The notes beneath the pieces were generated by a model. It had not been told where the DNA came from, searched no databases, and saw nothing but the letters and a program-made list of their open reading frames with translations. This document shows positions 37,147-46,621 of a DNA stretch of 48,452 nucleotides, in pieces (the stretch's first letter is position 1; each line of letters starts with the position of its first letter). Position numbers and translations under genes: made by a program. Origin of the DNA: Deltaproteobacteria bacterium (GTDB lineage Bacteria; Desulfobacterota; Binatia; Binatales; Binataceae); assembly GCA_021792265.1 (NCBI GenBank), contig JAJYVB010000001.1, positions 1-48,452 of the forward strand, read 5' to 3'.

Positions 37147-37755
37147 CTAGGCCTTGGCGCTGGGCCGGGCCGAGACCGCGGCGTGCCAGCGGCTGAGATT
37201 TTTCTGTCCGGGATCGATCCGGATGCCCGAGGTACGGGAGAAATCTATGCCGCAAAGCGCCGTGATGTCGGCGATCGTGAAGCGATCGCCCGCAATAAAA
37301 GGCCGCGACGCCAGTTCGCTGTCAAGCCACGCCAGGCTTGCGATCACGTGCCGCCGGCAGATCTCGGCGTACTCCGGGGACTGCTCGATGCGGCCTTTGA
37401 AGAATTCGTGGCGATAGCGGAAGGCGCCCGTCGCCGCCTCGAAAAGTTCGAATTCCATCCGCCGGTTCCACATCTCGACCAGTGCGCGATCTTTCGCGTC
37501 GGTTCCCATAAGCGGCGGTTCGGGTTGGATCTCTTCGAAATAGCGGCAGATGGCGACGCTTTCAGCGATGCAAGTGCCGTCGTCGAGTTCCAGCACCGGA
37601 AGTGTGCCCATCGGGTTCTTCTTTCGAAATTCGGGACCGCGATTGACGGCTTTTACTATGTCGACTTCCTCAAAGGGTACGACGATCCCCTTTTCGGCTA
37701 GAAAAATACGGACGCGGCGCGGATTGGGCGCGGTCGAGCTGTTGTAAAGCTTCAT
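37147..37755 (-). CDS. glutathione S-transferase
   Basis: MKLYNSSTAPNPRRVRIFLAEKG...NPMGTLPVLELDDGTCIAESVAICRYF is a GST N-terminal thioredoxin-fold motif. ATG 37755 chosen. Confidence 0.9.
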   Translation of the reverse strand: MKLYNSSTAPNPRRVRIFLAEKGIVVPFEEVDIVKAVNRGPEFRKKNPMGTLPVLELDDGTCIAESVAICRYFEEIQPEPPLMGTDAKDRALVEMWNRRMEFELFEAATGAFRYRHEFFKGRIEQSPEYAEICRRHVIASLAWLDSELASRPFIAGDRFTIADITALCGIDFSRTSGIRIDPGQKNLSRWHAAVSARPSAKA

Positions 37756-37921
37756 CGGCGGTTGCTCCTTATGGACGGCTGACAGCCCTAAAACATCGGG
37801 GCACAGTGCACACCCGAACACGTGCAGCGCGCTCGGCTCGAGCAAGCTACGCGGGTTTGGCAGCGGCCCTGCGGCCGCTCTCGTGCCAAGAAGCCCGGCC
37901 CCGCGACCTTCCGTTTCGCGC

Positions 37922-38071
37922 TTAGAACAGCGTGTAGATGAATGGCGCTACGGTCGAGTACTGGGCGATTGCCACCAGCACGCTCAGTACCAGCAACGTG
38001 CCGATAAGCGGTATCAGCCAGAACTTCTTGCGCTCACGCGCGAAACCCCACAGATCCTTAAGCAAGCCCAT
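37922..38071 (-). CDS. DUF5989-family small membrane protein (49 aa)
   Basis: My own translation: MGLLKDLWGFARERKKFWLIPLIGTLLVLSVLVAIAQYSTVAPFIYTLF. It has the pattern (KKFWL...APFIYTLF) that I recognise from mini-proteins found after NodU/CmcH carbamoyltransferases. Too short for the ORF track. Confidence 0.7.
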   Translation of the reverse strand: MGLLKDLWGFARERKKFWLIPLIGTLLVLSVLVAIAQYSTVAPFIYTLF

Positions 38072-38196
38072 CCGGCAACCCGTAGCCGAGTGCGATCAGT
38101 CCGTACTTTACCGGCAGAGGCTCGAAATGGTCAACCAAGGCTGTTCGCCGCGGCTACGAAACCTGCCTCGTACAGCCTTGAGCAAGAAGTGTCGCG

Positions 38197-40035
38197 TTAA
38201 TCAAGCTCGAACTCTCGGCGCCAGGAGTCGTCTGCTTCTGCCGCCGGCTGATCATCCTTGGCCAGGATGAAGTTTTCGAGTACCAGGAAATCGATTCCCG
38301 TGCGCATAAAGCACCGGTAAGCTTGCTCGGGCGTGCAGACTATCGGCTCGCCGCGGACATTAAACGAGGTGTTAACGAGCACCGGACATCCGGTCAGCGC
38401 CTCAAAGCGGCGTATGAGTTCGTGAAAGCGCTGGTTAGTCTCGCGATGGACAGTCTGGATACGCGCCGAATAATCGACGTGCGTAATCGCGGGAACGCTG
38501 GAGCGCGGCACGTTGAGCTTGTCGATTCCGAACAGGCGCTGCTGTTCCTCGGTCATCGGGATTCGCAGCGACTCCTTGACCGGGGCGACCAGCGCCATAT
38601 AGGGACTGGGGCGGTCGAGCTCGAAAATATCGCTGGCGCGCTCGGCGAGCACCGACGGTGCGAACGGCCGAAACGACTCGCGAAACTTAATCTTAAGGTT
38701 CATTGCCGCCTGCATCTCGGGTTTTCGCGGGTCTCCGATTATCGAACGGCTGCCAAGCGCCCGCGGTCCGAACTCCATGCGGCCTTGAAACCATCCGACA
38801 ACCTTGCCCTCCGCCAGGATACGCGCGACTTCCGAACACAAGGCATCGTCGTCGAGCCGCCGATAGACGGCGCCCGAGGCGGCCAGCGACTGGGCGATCT
38901 CGCCGTCGCTGAAAGACGGGCCGAGAAAGGCGCCGTCCATTGAGTCGGTGCCGCCGTTGGAATGGCGAGGCTGGCGGTGGTGAATATGCCAGGCCGCCAG
39001 TGCAGCTCCGACCGCTCCACCCGCATCGCCCGCAGCCGGCTGCACCCATAGGTCGCGGAACAGCCCCTCGCGAAGCAGCTTGCCATTAGCCACGCAGTTC
39101 AGCGCCACGCCGCCGGCCAGGCATAAATACTCGGCATCGATCTCGCGGCGCGCCGTGCGGGCGAGCCGTGCAACCACTTCTTCGGTTACCGCCTGGATAG
39201 ATGCGGCCAGGTCCATCTCGCGCTGCGTCAGAGGCGACTCGGGCTTTCGAGGTGGTCCGCCAAAGAGCGCATGAAAGCGCTCGTTGGTCATCGTAAGCCC
39301 CGTCGCGTAGTTGAAGTAGTCGGTGTTCAGGCGGAAGGTTCCATCCGCCTTGAGATCAATCAGATGGCGGTAAATGAGGTCGACGTAGCGCGGCTCGCCG
39401 TACGGCGCGAGTCCCATCACCTTGTACTCGCCGGAGTTAACCTTGAACCCCGTGTAGTAGGTGAAGGCCGAGTAAAGCAAGCCGAGCGAGTGGGGAAAGT
39501 CGACTTCCCAGCAGGGCGTAAGTTCGTTGTCCGCGCCGAGCCAGAGCGAGGTCGTAGCCCATTCGCCGACGCCGTCCAGGCAGAGCACGGCGGCGCGCTG
39601 GAACGGGCTCGCAAAGAAGGCCGAGGCGGCGTGGGCTTGATGATGCTCCGTGAAAAGAAGCGGCGCCAGCTTGGGCGCTTCGGGATCGAGGGCGCGGAGT
39701 TCCTTTTCGAGCACCGACCGCAGGTTGAGCTTCTCCTTGAGCCAGAGCGGCATGGCGGTGAGAAACGAGGCCAACCCCCGCGGCGCATAACCAAGATACG
39801 TCTCGAGCATGCGCTCGAACTTGAGCCACGGCTTGTCGTAAAAAACGACCACGTCGATTTCGCGCAGCTTGACGCCTTCCGCCGCAAGGCAATAGGCGGC
39901 TGCTCCTCTTGGAAAACGCGCGTCGTGTTTCTTTCGTGAGAAGCGCTCCTCCTGCGCGGCCGCTACTATCGTGCCGTCGCGCACGAGCGCGGCCGCACTG
40001 TCATGGTAATAAGCGGAAATCCCCAGGATTCGCAT
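38197..40035 (-). CDS. NodU/CmcH-family carbamoyltransferase
   Basis: MRILGISAYYHDSAAALVRDG..AAAQEERFSRKKHD, YGEPRY and NTSFNVRGEPIV are typical of the carbamoyltransferase family. 612 aa. Confidence 0.93.
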   Translation of the reverse strand: MRILGISAYYHDSAAALVRDGTIVAAAQEERFSRKKHDARFPRGAAAYCLAAEGVKLREIDVVVFYDKPWLKFERMLETYLGYAPRGLASFLTAMPLWLKEKLNLRSVLEKELRALDPEAPKLAPLLFTEHHQAHAASAFFASPFQRAAVLCLDGVGEWATTSLWLGADNELTPCWEVDFPHSLGLLYSAFTYYTGFKVNSGEYKVMGLAPYGEPRYVDLIYRHLIDLKADGTFRLNTDYFNYATGLTMTNERFHALFGGPPRKPESPLTQREMDLAASIQAVTEEVVARLARTARREIDAEYLCLAGGVALNCVANGKLLREGLFRDLWVQPAAGDAGGAVGAALAAWHIHHRQPRHSNGGTDSMDGAFLGPSFSDGEIAQSLAASGAVYRRLDDDALCSEVARILAEGKVVGWFQGRMEFGPRALGSRSIIGDPRKPEMQAAMNLKIKFRESFRPFAPSVLAERASDIFELDRPSPYMALVAPVKESLRIPMTEEQQRLFGIDKLNVPRSSVPAITHVDYSARIQTVHRETNQRFHELIRRFEALTGCPVLVNTSFNVRGEPIVCTPEQAYRCFMRTGIDFLVLENFILAKDDQPAAEADDSWRREFELD

Positions 40036-40315
40036 TCGATTTCGTACCCGAGCCTTTTTAGCTGTAGCATACCGATGCGGGTGCCCGAATCCGATGTGGC
40101 TTCGGTCCGAGGCAGTTGAAGCGGCGCCAAGCCTGCCTGCGTTCTCTTTAGACCGGTTTATACGGGGCGCAAATCAGGATGAGCCGAGTTACCACTGGCG
40201 ACTGACAAGCCTAAGATGACGGCCCTGCGTGAGCATTGATGAACATCTAACTCTTGCGTTTGGAGCAGATCGCTGTTGTTCTTATACATGCTTGAGGGAG
40301 GACGAAGCTTAACTG

Positions 40316-41125
40316 ATGGCAGCTCCAGCCCGGATTGAGGTTCCGCGCCGACCGGCACGCTTTGGCCAAAGCTCTCGCACTGACCCTTGGTGGGCAGCAC
40401 CAACGGTGGTTTTTATTGTCCTGTCGGCTTTTGTCATCTATTCGATCTGGGCGGCCTTGCAAGGACGCGATTACCGTTGGGGTCCTTACCTGTCGCCGCT
40501 CTATTCGCCCGAACTGTTCGGGGGGCCTCATGCCTTCATCGGTGGGAAACCAGGATGGTGGCCGGACTGGCTTTTCTGGTCGCCCGCCATCCTGATCCTT
40601 TGGGCGCCGGCCGGATTACGAGTCACCTGCTACTATTACCGTGGTGCCTATTACAAGGCGTTCTGGGCTGACCCGCCTTCGTGCTCCGTAGGAGAACCGC
40701 GCCAGAGTTATCGAGGCGAGAATTCCTTTCCGCTCATTCTGCAAAACGTCCATCGCTATTTCATCTACCTGGGCCTCATTTACCTAGTCTTTCTCCTGCA
40801 TGACGCATGGGAAGGCCTGTGGTTCCCGAATCCGGCCACCGGCCACAGAGTCTTTGGGGTTGGCGTGGGCAGCATCGTGCTGATCGTTAACATGACCTTG
40901 CTGTCCGGATACAGCTTCGGCTGCCATTCGCTGCGTCACCTGGTGGGTGGTTACCTCAAGCAGTTGTCGGGATGCCCCGTGCGCGCCCGGCTCTTCGGAT
41001 GCGCTTCGGCCTTCAACCGCCGCCATATGCTGTGGGCGTGGATGAGTCTATGCTTCGTGGCTTTTACCGACATTTATGTCCGGCTGTGCGCCATGGGGAT
41101 CTGGACCGACTGGAGAATCTTCTAA
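40316..41125 (+). CDS. succinate dehydrogenase/fumarate reductase single membrane-anchor (cytochrome b-like) subunit
   Basis: 269-aa polytopic protein with conserved His residues, immediately upstream of the flavoprotein and Fe-S subunits. Call rests mainly on context. Confidence 0.7.
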   Translation: MAAPARIEVPRRPARFGQSSRTDPWWAAPTVVFIVLSAFVIYSIWAALQGRDYRWGPYLSPLYSPELFGGPHAFIGGKPGWWPDWLFWSPAILILWAPAGLRVTCYYYRGAYYKAFWADPPSCSVGEPRQSYRGENSFPLILQNVHRYFIYLGLIYLVFLLHDAWEGLWFPNPATGHRVFGVGVGSIVLIVNMTLLSGYSFGCHSLRHLVGGYLKQLSGCPVRARLFGCASAFNRRHMLWAWMSLCFVAFTDIYVRLCAMGIWTDWRIF

Positions 41126-42946
41126 ATGGCTCAGTACGAGACCATTCGACATGATGTGTTGATAATCGGGGCGGGCGGCGCCGGATTGCGCGGAGCGGTA
41201 GAGGCTGCCGCGCGCGGAGCCTCGGTCGGCGTGGTGTCGAAGTCGCTGCTAGGTAAAGCGCATACGGTGATGGCTGAGGGCGGTGTCGCGGCGGCACTGG
41301 GCAACGTTGACGATCGCGACAACTGGAGGGTGCACTTCGCCGACACAATGCGCGGCGGCCAATACGTCAACAACTGGCGTATGGCCGAGTTGCATGCCAA
41401 GGAGGCGCCCGACCGGGTAAGGGAACTGGAAGCGTGGGGCGCCGTTTTCGACCGAACTCCTGATGGCCGCATTCTCCAGCGCAACTTCGGCGGCCATCGC
41501 TACCCGCGCTTAGCCCATGTTGGCGATCGCACGGGACTGGAGATGATTCGCACGCTCCAGGACCACGCCATATTCGAGCGTATCTCCTTTTATATGGAGT
41601 TTACGATCATCTCGCTGCTCAAGGACGGGAACCGGGTAGTTGGAGCGCTTGGCTACCAGCGCGAGAAGGGTCTTTTCTTTGTCTTTCAGGCCAAGGCGGT
41701 GGTGCTGGCGACGGGAGGACTAGGCCGGGCCTACAAGATCACCAGCAATAGCTGGGAATGCACTGGCGACGGCATAGCGCTCGCGTGCGATGCCGGCGCC
41801 GAACTGCAGGACATGGAGTTTGTCCAGTTCCATCCCACGGGCATGGTGTGGCCGCCCAGCGTGGCCGGAATACTGGTGACCGAAGGGGTACGCGGCGAGG
41901 GAGGCGTGCTGCGCAACGGGCTCGGGCGCCGTTTCCTTTTTGACGATATACCCCCACTCTATAAGGATCAGACTGCCGATAACGAGGAAGAGGGATGGCG
42001 GTACACCCAGGGCGACAAGAGCGCCCGGCGCCCACCCGAACTGTTGACGCGTGACCACGTCGCTCGCTGTATCGTGCGCGAAGTGCGCGAAGGGCGCGGC
42101 AGCCCCCACGGCGGTGTTTTTCTCGACATCGCGTGGATAAAGCAGAAAATTCCCAACGCCGAGAAGCACATCAGGACCAAGCTGCCCAGCATGTACGATC
42201 AGTTCCTGAAGCTTGCTGACCTGGACATCACCAAGGAACCGATGGAGGTAGGGCCCACGACCCATTATCTGATGGGCGGCGTCCGGGTCGACGGCGACAG
42301 CCAGATGAGTTCGCTGCCTGGCCTGTTCGCCGCGGGCGAATGCGCTGCTGGGCTGCATGGTGCAAATCGCTTAGGCGGGAACTCGCTCTCGGACCTGCTG
42401 GTTTTCGGCCAGCGGGCCGGTGAGTACGCGGCGCGTTTCGCGAAGGACGCAAGCCTCGCTCCGGTTAGCGAGAGCGCGGTCGGCGAGAGCATCCGCCAGG
42501 TGCTGGCGCCGTTCGAGAACGGTGCCAAGGGTCGCGGCGAATCGCCTTACCGTGTGCAAGCCGAGCTGCAAGACATGATGCAGGAACTGGTGGGAATTGT
42601 GCGCGTCGAGGACGAGATGGTGCGCGCTCTCGACGGCATTCAAAAACTCAAGGAGCGGTCCCGAAACCTGCGTGTCGAAGGCAACCGCATGTACAACGCC
42701 GGCTGGCACACGGCTATCGATGTGCGCAATCTTCTCACTATGTCAGAGGCCATTTGCCGCGGCGCAATCGAACGGCGCGAAAGCCGTGGCGCGCATTACC
42801 GGGTCGATTACCCGGAGAAATCGGAAAAGTTCGCCAAGGTTAACACGGTGCTCCACAAGGGCGAAGACGGTGCATTCAAGCTCCGGCTCGAGCCCATCAA
42901 GGAGATGCCGGCCGAACTGAAGCAGATAATCGAGGAGATGAAGTGA
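41126..42946 (+). CDS. sdhA: succinate dehydrogenase/fumarate reductase flavoprotein subunit
   Basis: DVLIIGAGGAGLRGA, HTVMAEGG (covalent-FAD His region), QFHPTG and RGAHYR motifs. Confidence 0.95.
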   Translation: MAQYETIRHDVLIIGAGGAGLRGAVEAAARGASVGVVSKSLLGKAHTVMAEGGVAAALGNVDDRDNWRVHFADTMRGGQYVNNWRMAELHAKEAPDRVRELEAWGAVFDRTPDGRILQRNFGGHRYPRLAHVGDRTGLEMIRTLQDHAIFERISFYMEFTIISLLKDGNRVVGALGYQREKGLFFVFQAKAVVLATGGLGRAYKITSNSWECTGDGIALACDAGAELQDMEFVQFHPTGMVWPPSVAGILVTEGVRGEGGVLRNGLGRRFLFDDIPPLYKDQTADNEEEGWRYTQGDKSARRPPELLTRDHVARCIVREVREGRGSPHGGVFLDIAWIKQKIPNAEKHIRTKLPSMYDQFLKLADLDITKEPMEVGPTTHYLMGGVRVDGDSQMSSLPGLFAAGECAAGLHGANRLGGNSLSDLLVFGQRAGEYAARFAKDASLAPVSESAVGESIRQVLAPFENGAKGRGESPYRVQAELQDMMQELVGIVRVEDEMVRALDGIQKLKERSRNLRVEGNRMYNAGWHTAIDVRNLLTMSEAICRGAIERRESRGAHYRVDYPEKSEKFAKVNTVLHKGEDGAFKLRLEPIKEMPAELKQIIEEMK

Positions 42947-43686
42947 CGGCCACCACCGCAACCTTTAGCATCTGGCGAGGAGACCGGCAGGGCGGAAAAC
43001 TCGTCGAGTACCAAACCGAAATCGCCGAGGGTATGGTCGTGCTCGACGCCGTGCGGCGAATTCAGGCCGATCAAGCCAACGACCTGGCGGTACGCTGGAA
43101 TTGCAAGGCTGGCAAGTGCGGCTCCTGCGCGGCCGAGATCAACGGCAAGCCGCGCCTGATGTGTATGACTCGGCTGAGCGACGTCCCCACCAACCGGCCA
43201 ATCCTGGTCGAACCTATGCGCACCTTCCCGCTCATTCGGGACCTGGTCACCGACGTTTCGTGGAATTTCGAAAAGAAACGGACCGTCAGGAAGTTCACCC
43301 CGCGCAAACCCGACGCGCCCGACGGGACTTGGCGCATGGCCCAGATCGATGTCGACCGGGTGCAGGAGTTTCGCAAGTGCATCGAATGTTTCCTGTGCCA
43401 GAATGTCTGCCACGTACTGCGTGACCATCAGCTCTTCGACGAATACATCGGCCCGCGCCTGCTGACGCACAGCGCGGCGCTGGAGATGCATCCGCTCGAC
43501 TCCGACCATCGGCTCTCCGATCTTCGCTTCACTCAGGGAATCGGCTACTGCAACATCACCAAGTGCTGCACCAAGGTTTGTCCCGAAGAAATCAAAATCA
43601 CCGATAACGCGATCATTCCTCTCAAAGAGCGGCTAGTCGACCGCTACTTCGATCCCGTGGCCTGGCTTTTCGGCGCCGGGCGCTGA
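42943..43686 (+). CDS. sdhB: succinate dehydrogenase/fumarate reductase iron-sulfur subunit
   Basis: 2Fe-2S (WNCKAGKCGSCAAEING), CIECFLCQNVC and CTKVCP cluster motifs. GTGA overlap with the sdhA stop. Confidence 0.93.
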   Translation: MTATTATFSIWRGDRQGGKLVEYQTEIAEGMVVLDAVRRIQADQANDLAVRWNCKAGKCGSCAAEINGKPRLMCMTRLSDVPTNRPILVEPMRTFPLIRDLVTDVSWNFEKKRTVRKFTPRKPDAPDGTWRMAQIDVDRVQEFRKCIECFLCQNVCHVLRDHQLFDEYIGPRLLTHSAALEMHPLDSDHRLSDLRFTQGIGYCNITKCCTKVCPEEIKITDNAIIPLKERLVDRYFDPVAWLFGAGR

Positions 43687-43706
43687 GCCGGGTCTGGCCT
43701 GATGCT

Positions 43707-43727
43707 GGGCGCGCAAGCCGCGCGCCC
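43707..43727 (+). terminator. hairpin after sdhB (a second 10-bp hairpin follows at 43737..43767)
   Basis: gggcgcgc / gcgcgccc, 8-bp stem with a 5-nt loop, then ggatcgccgc / gcggcgatcc. Confidence 0.45.
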
Positions 43728-44038
43728 ATGGGTGTAGGATCGCCGCGCATGGCCTGAGCGGCGATCCTGCCGCGCGCCTTCGCGGATAACTGTTCCCGAA
43801 CGGTAGCTTCCAGTGCTCTCAAGGTCCGCGATATTTGCGGTGTTTGAGGACCGGCTCCACTCGTGAGCTGGCCTAGGTGGCAGTTTTTCGTTTCCAGGCG
43901 GCCAAGAAATCTGTGGCGCGTTCTGCGCCCGAAAATTCGATTTAACGCTTGCCTCGTACGCACGACGGTGCGAACCTGCTTGAACCGGCGCGCGGCCGTC
44001 CGGCTGCGCGCCTACGGCACGCGAACGACATTGAGACA

Positions 44039-45757
44039 ATGACTCGCAGGTCGGTTACCGCGGTTGCCTTGATCGCAGGCCTGAGCATGGCCTCAGTGTT
44101 CGTCATGTGGCAACGCACTCCAAGGGCACAAGCGGTATCCCAGCGCCTGGAACAGATCGACTCTCTGGTCGGCCGGATTCGACACGTCGAGAACCGTTTC
44201 CCGTTGCGGGCGATTGGAAGCAGCAGTGCCGGACGGCTGGGCACGCTGGCGCAGCGATGGCCGGCTATCCGTGCAATGGTCGAGCGCCGGTTAGGACCCG
44301 GCCTTGTGCCGGAGACAGTCATGGACGCTGGCGTTCGAACGGCGCGAGCGCGCAATCCCGCCGTGTCGGCGCCCAACCTTTCGCTCACGCGCTTCTCCGG
44401 TTTCACGCAAAACGAAACTGCCACTGCGTGGTGCGGAACGAACGTGGTGGTCGGCTTTAACGATACCGCCGCCGAAGTGGAAACCCTCGCAGCCACGACC
44501 TCCGGAGTCAGTCTCGACGGTTACTCGGTTTCCAGCCACCGTGGCGCGGGTTTCCGCTACCGCGGCCCGCTTCCACCTGCAAGCGACCCGAACACGATGC
44601 TTAACGGAGATCCGTCGCTGGCATGCACGAGCGCGGACGATTTTTACTATTCGTCGTTGTGGTTCGACGCTACCAATAAGCTTGTGGGCGTCGCCCTGTC
44701 GCTGTCGACGGACGGGGGCAACGATTTTTCCGCGCCACAGCCAGTGGTGGCAAAAGACTACCTGACCCATTTCATCGATTGGGACCGGCTAGTCTTGGAT
44801 CCGTCCCATCCGGACCTGATCTATCTCACCTACACCGATTTCGACACCACCGGTGCGTTCTGCGGACTTGACAGCGATGGTGACGCCATTCTGGAGAGCA
44901 GCATCCAGGTCGTCTCCTCGACCGACGCGGGCGCCACCTGGAGTGCTCCGTCGGTGATCGCGCCGACCTGCGCTACCAACCATGCTACCGACGAATCCGA
45001 CTCGTTGTATCCGGTCGTGCACGATTCGAGCGTCGCGGTCGGACCGGACGGAGAAATCTACGTAGCTTGGGAAGCGATCGCCGGCGACGGAGTTAGCAGA
45101 GAGATCGACTTTGCGAGTTCGGCCGCCAGCAGTCAAAATTTCAGCACGCCGGTAACCGTACACTCAGCAGACTGTGCCGGCGGCTGCGGCGACCTCCAGG
45201 GCTACATCCGCATTGCCGAGGCACCGGAACTCGCGGTGGACACTTCCCGCAAATCAAGCCGTGGAACCATTTACGTAGCATGGACTGACGGCGACGATGC
45301 CGTGCCGGACTCGCTATCCGGCAGCTATGCGTTTACCGATATCTTACTATCAAGCTCGACGGACGGCGGTGCCAACTGGTCAAGCCCCTTGCGGGCCGAT
45401 AATTCTACCGGCGCTGCGCGTCCGGGCGTGCCGGTTGATCATTTCGAGCCGGCGATAGCCGTCGACCGGACCGGCCGTGTCGCCGTCTGTTTCTACGATC
45501 GCCGCCGTGACCCGAACAATTTTTTCATCGATCGGTATTGCGCGTCGTCGAAGAATCGGGGCGTGACTTGGAGCAATCGCAGGATTACGGCTCAGTCGTT
45601 TCCCTCTCTGGTAGCGCAGGATCTTCTCGACCCTGTGGATTACATGGGCGACTACGACACCCTGGCGGCGGATTTTCTGAACATCACGGCTGGTTTTCGC
45701 GGAGCGTATGGTGACAACTCCAGCGGCAACCCTGAAGTCAGAATCAACTCTTTTTAG
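44039..45757 (+). CDS. secreted BNR/Asp-box repeat (sialidase-fold) protein
   Basis: Signal/TM anchor MTRRSVTAVALIAGLSMASVFV. Four Asp-box repeats: LSTDGGNDFS, SSTDAGATWS, SSTDGGANWS, SKNRGVTWS. Confidence 0.8.
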   Translation: MTRRSVTAVALIAGLSMASVFVMWQRTPRAQAVSQRLEQIDSLVGRIRHVENRFPLRAIGSSSAGRLGTLAQRWPAIRAMVERRLGPGLVPETVMDAGVRTARARNPAVSAPNLSLTRFSGFTQNETATAWCGTNVVVGFNDTAAEVETLAATTSGVSLDGYSVSSHRGAGFRYRGPLPPASDPNTMLNGDPSLACTSADDFYYSSLWFDATNKLVGVALSLSTDGGNDFSAPQPVVAKDYLTHFIDWDRLVLDPSHPDLIYLTYTDFDTTGAFCGLDSDGDAILESSIQVVSSTDAGATWSAPSVIAPTCATNHATDESDSLYPVVHDSSVAVGPDGEIYVAWEAIAGDGVSREIDFASSAASSQNFSTPVTVHSADCAGGCGDLQGYIRIAEAPELAVDTSRKSSRGTIYVAWTDGDDAVPDSLSGSYAFTDILLSSSTDGGANWSSPLRADNSTGAARPGVPVDHFEPAIAVDRTGRVAVCFYDRRRDPNNFFIDRYCASSKNRGVTWSNRRITAQSFPSLVAQDLLDPVDYMGDYDTLAADFLNITAGFRGAYGDNSSGNPEVRINSF

Positions 45758-46047
45758 AATCCGCACCGTGCACTGAGATCTATCGGATAGCCTTCTTCAG
45801 CGAGCAATCAGCTCCCACTCCAGCCTGCGCTTTTTTCACCTGACTTCCGTAGAGCTTTGCTGACTCGTCTTGAGCCCTGTGTCCGTCCTGGCGTACGGAT
45901 CTGGCACATCGGCCGACGCAGCCAGACATGCCATTTTGTTCGCTAACTGTGTCAATTTGAAAGCATCCGCTACCCAGCTTCACTAAAGATTTGCCGGAAT
46001 AGCCTGCGAATCGGTTAATCGTTAATGGTTTGCGCCGCTAAAAACGC

Positions 46048-46063
46048 TGGCATGAAAGGTGCT
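46048..46063 (+). promoter_or_regulatory. sigma-54 type -24/-12 element upstream of the Flp pilin gene
   Basis: TGGCATG-AAAG-GTGCT with correct GG-N10-GC spacing, about 60 nt upstream of the flp ATG. Confidence 0.45.
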
Positions 46064-46121
46064 GTCTGACAGCGCTTGGTGTGACGAAACAAACTGGCTA
46101 TCGAACGTAAAGGAGTGTGCT

Positions 46122-46295
46122 ATGAAAAACTATCTGCTCAAGCTGTACGTTACATTGACTGAGTATCCGCGCGGCCAGACGATGACCGAGTACGCGCTTA
46201 TTCTCGCCACGATCGCTGTGGCCGCGTACGTCGCCTACCAGGGACTGGGTACGAAGATAAGCGATTTGGCAAACACAGTGGCGGGCGATCTGTAG
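46122..46295 (+). CDS. flp: Flp family type IVb pilin
   Basis: 57 aa. Flp motif ...RGQTMTEYALILATIAVAA (G/xxxxEY prepilin cleavage context) followed by a hydrophobic helix. AAGGAG RBS. Confidence 0.85.
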   Translation: MKNYLLKLYVTLTEYPRGQTMTEYALILATIAVAAYVAYQGLGTKISDLANTVAGDL

Positions 46296-46409
46296 CTGAA
46301 AGGTTGGAATGATTGGCGCTTAACAGCCTGCGAAAAAGACCGGCTTCCTCGGTTTGGCTCTCGTTTTCTAGGAGAGACCATAGTGAATCTAGAGACGGAA
46401 GACGACCGT

Positions 46410-46437
46410 CTGGCGCGGATGTTTATATCCGCGCCAG
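46410..46437 (+). terminator. strong hairpin downstream of the pilin gene (possible attenuator)
   Basis: ctggcgcggat / atccgcgccag, 11-bp perfect stem with a 6-nt loop. No clear T-tract. Confidence 0.4.
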
Positions 46438-46621
46438 ACAATGCAGTAAGCAATCGCGCTTCGCTGGCTGCTGCGCGCGAGCGGGGGTGTTGGTTTCTGC
46501 CAGCGCTGCAGATAGGCGGCGAGCCAGGCGTCTAATAAGAAGAGAACCCTCCATCTTCGGACCGATAGACGAGTGTCCGCCACTTTCGCAGACCGGCCAG
46601 AGCTTTGCAGAGGGTTTAGAG

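Noticed and set aside
38072-38196. A possible SxtJ-like gene or remnant between the carbamoyltransferase and the DUF5989 ORF
   Set aside because: All minus-strand frames are closed within about 30 codons and lack a start codon. The 125 nt cannot hold such a gene.
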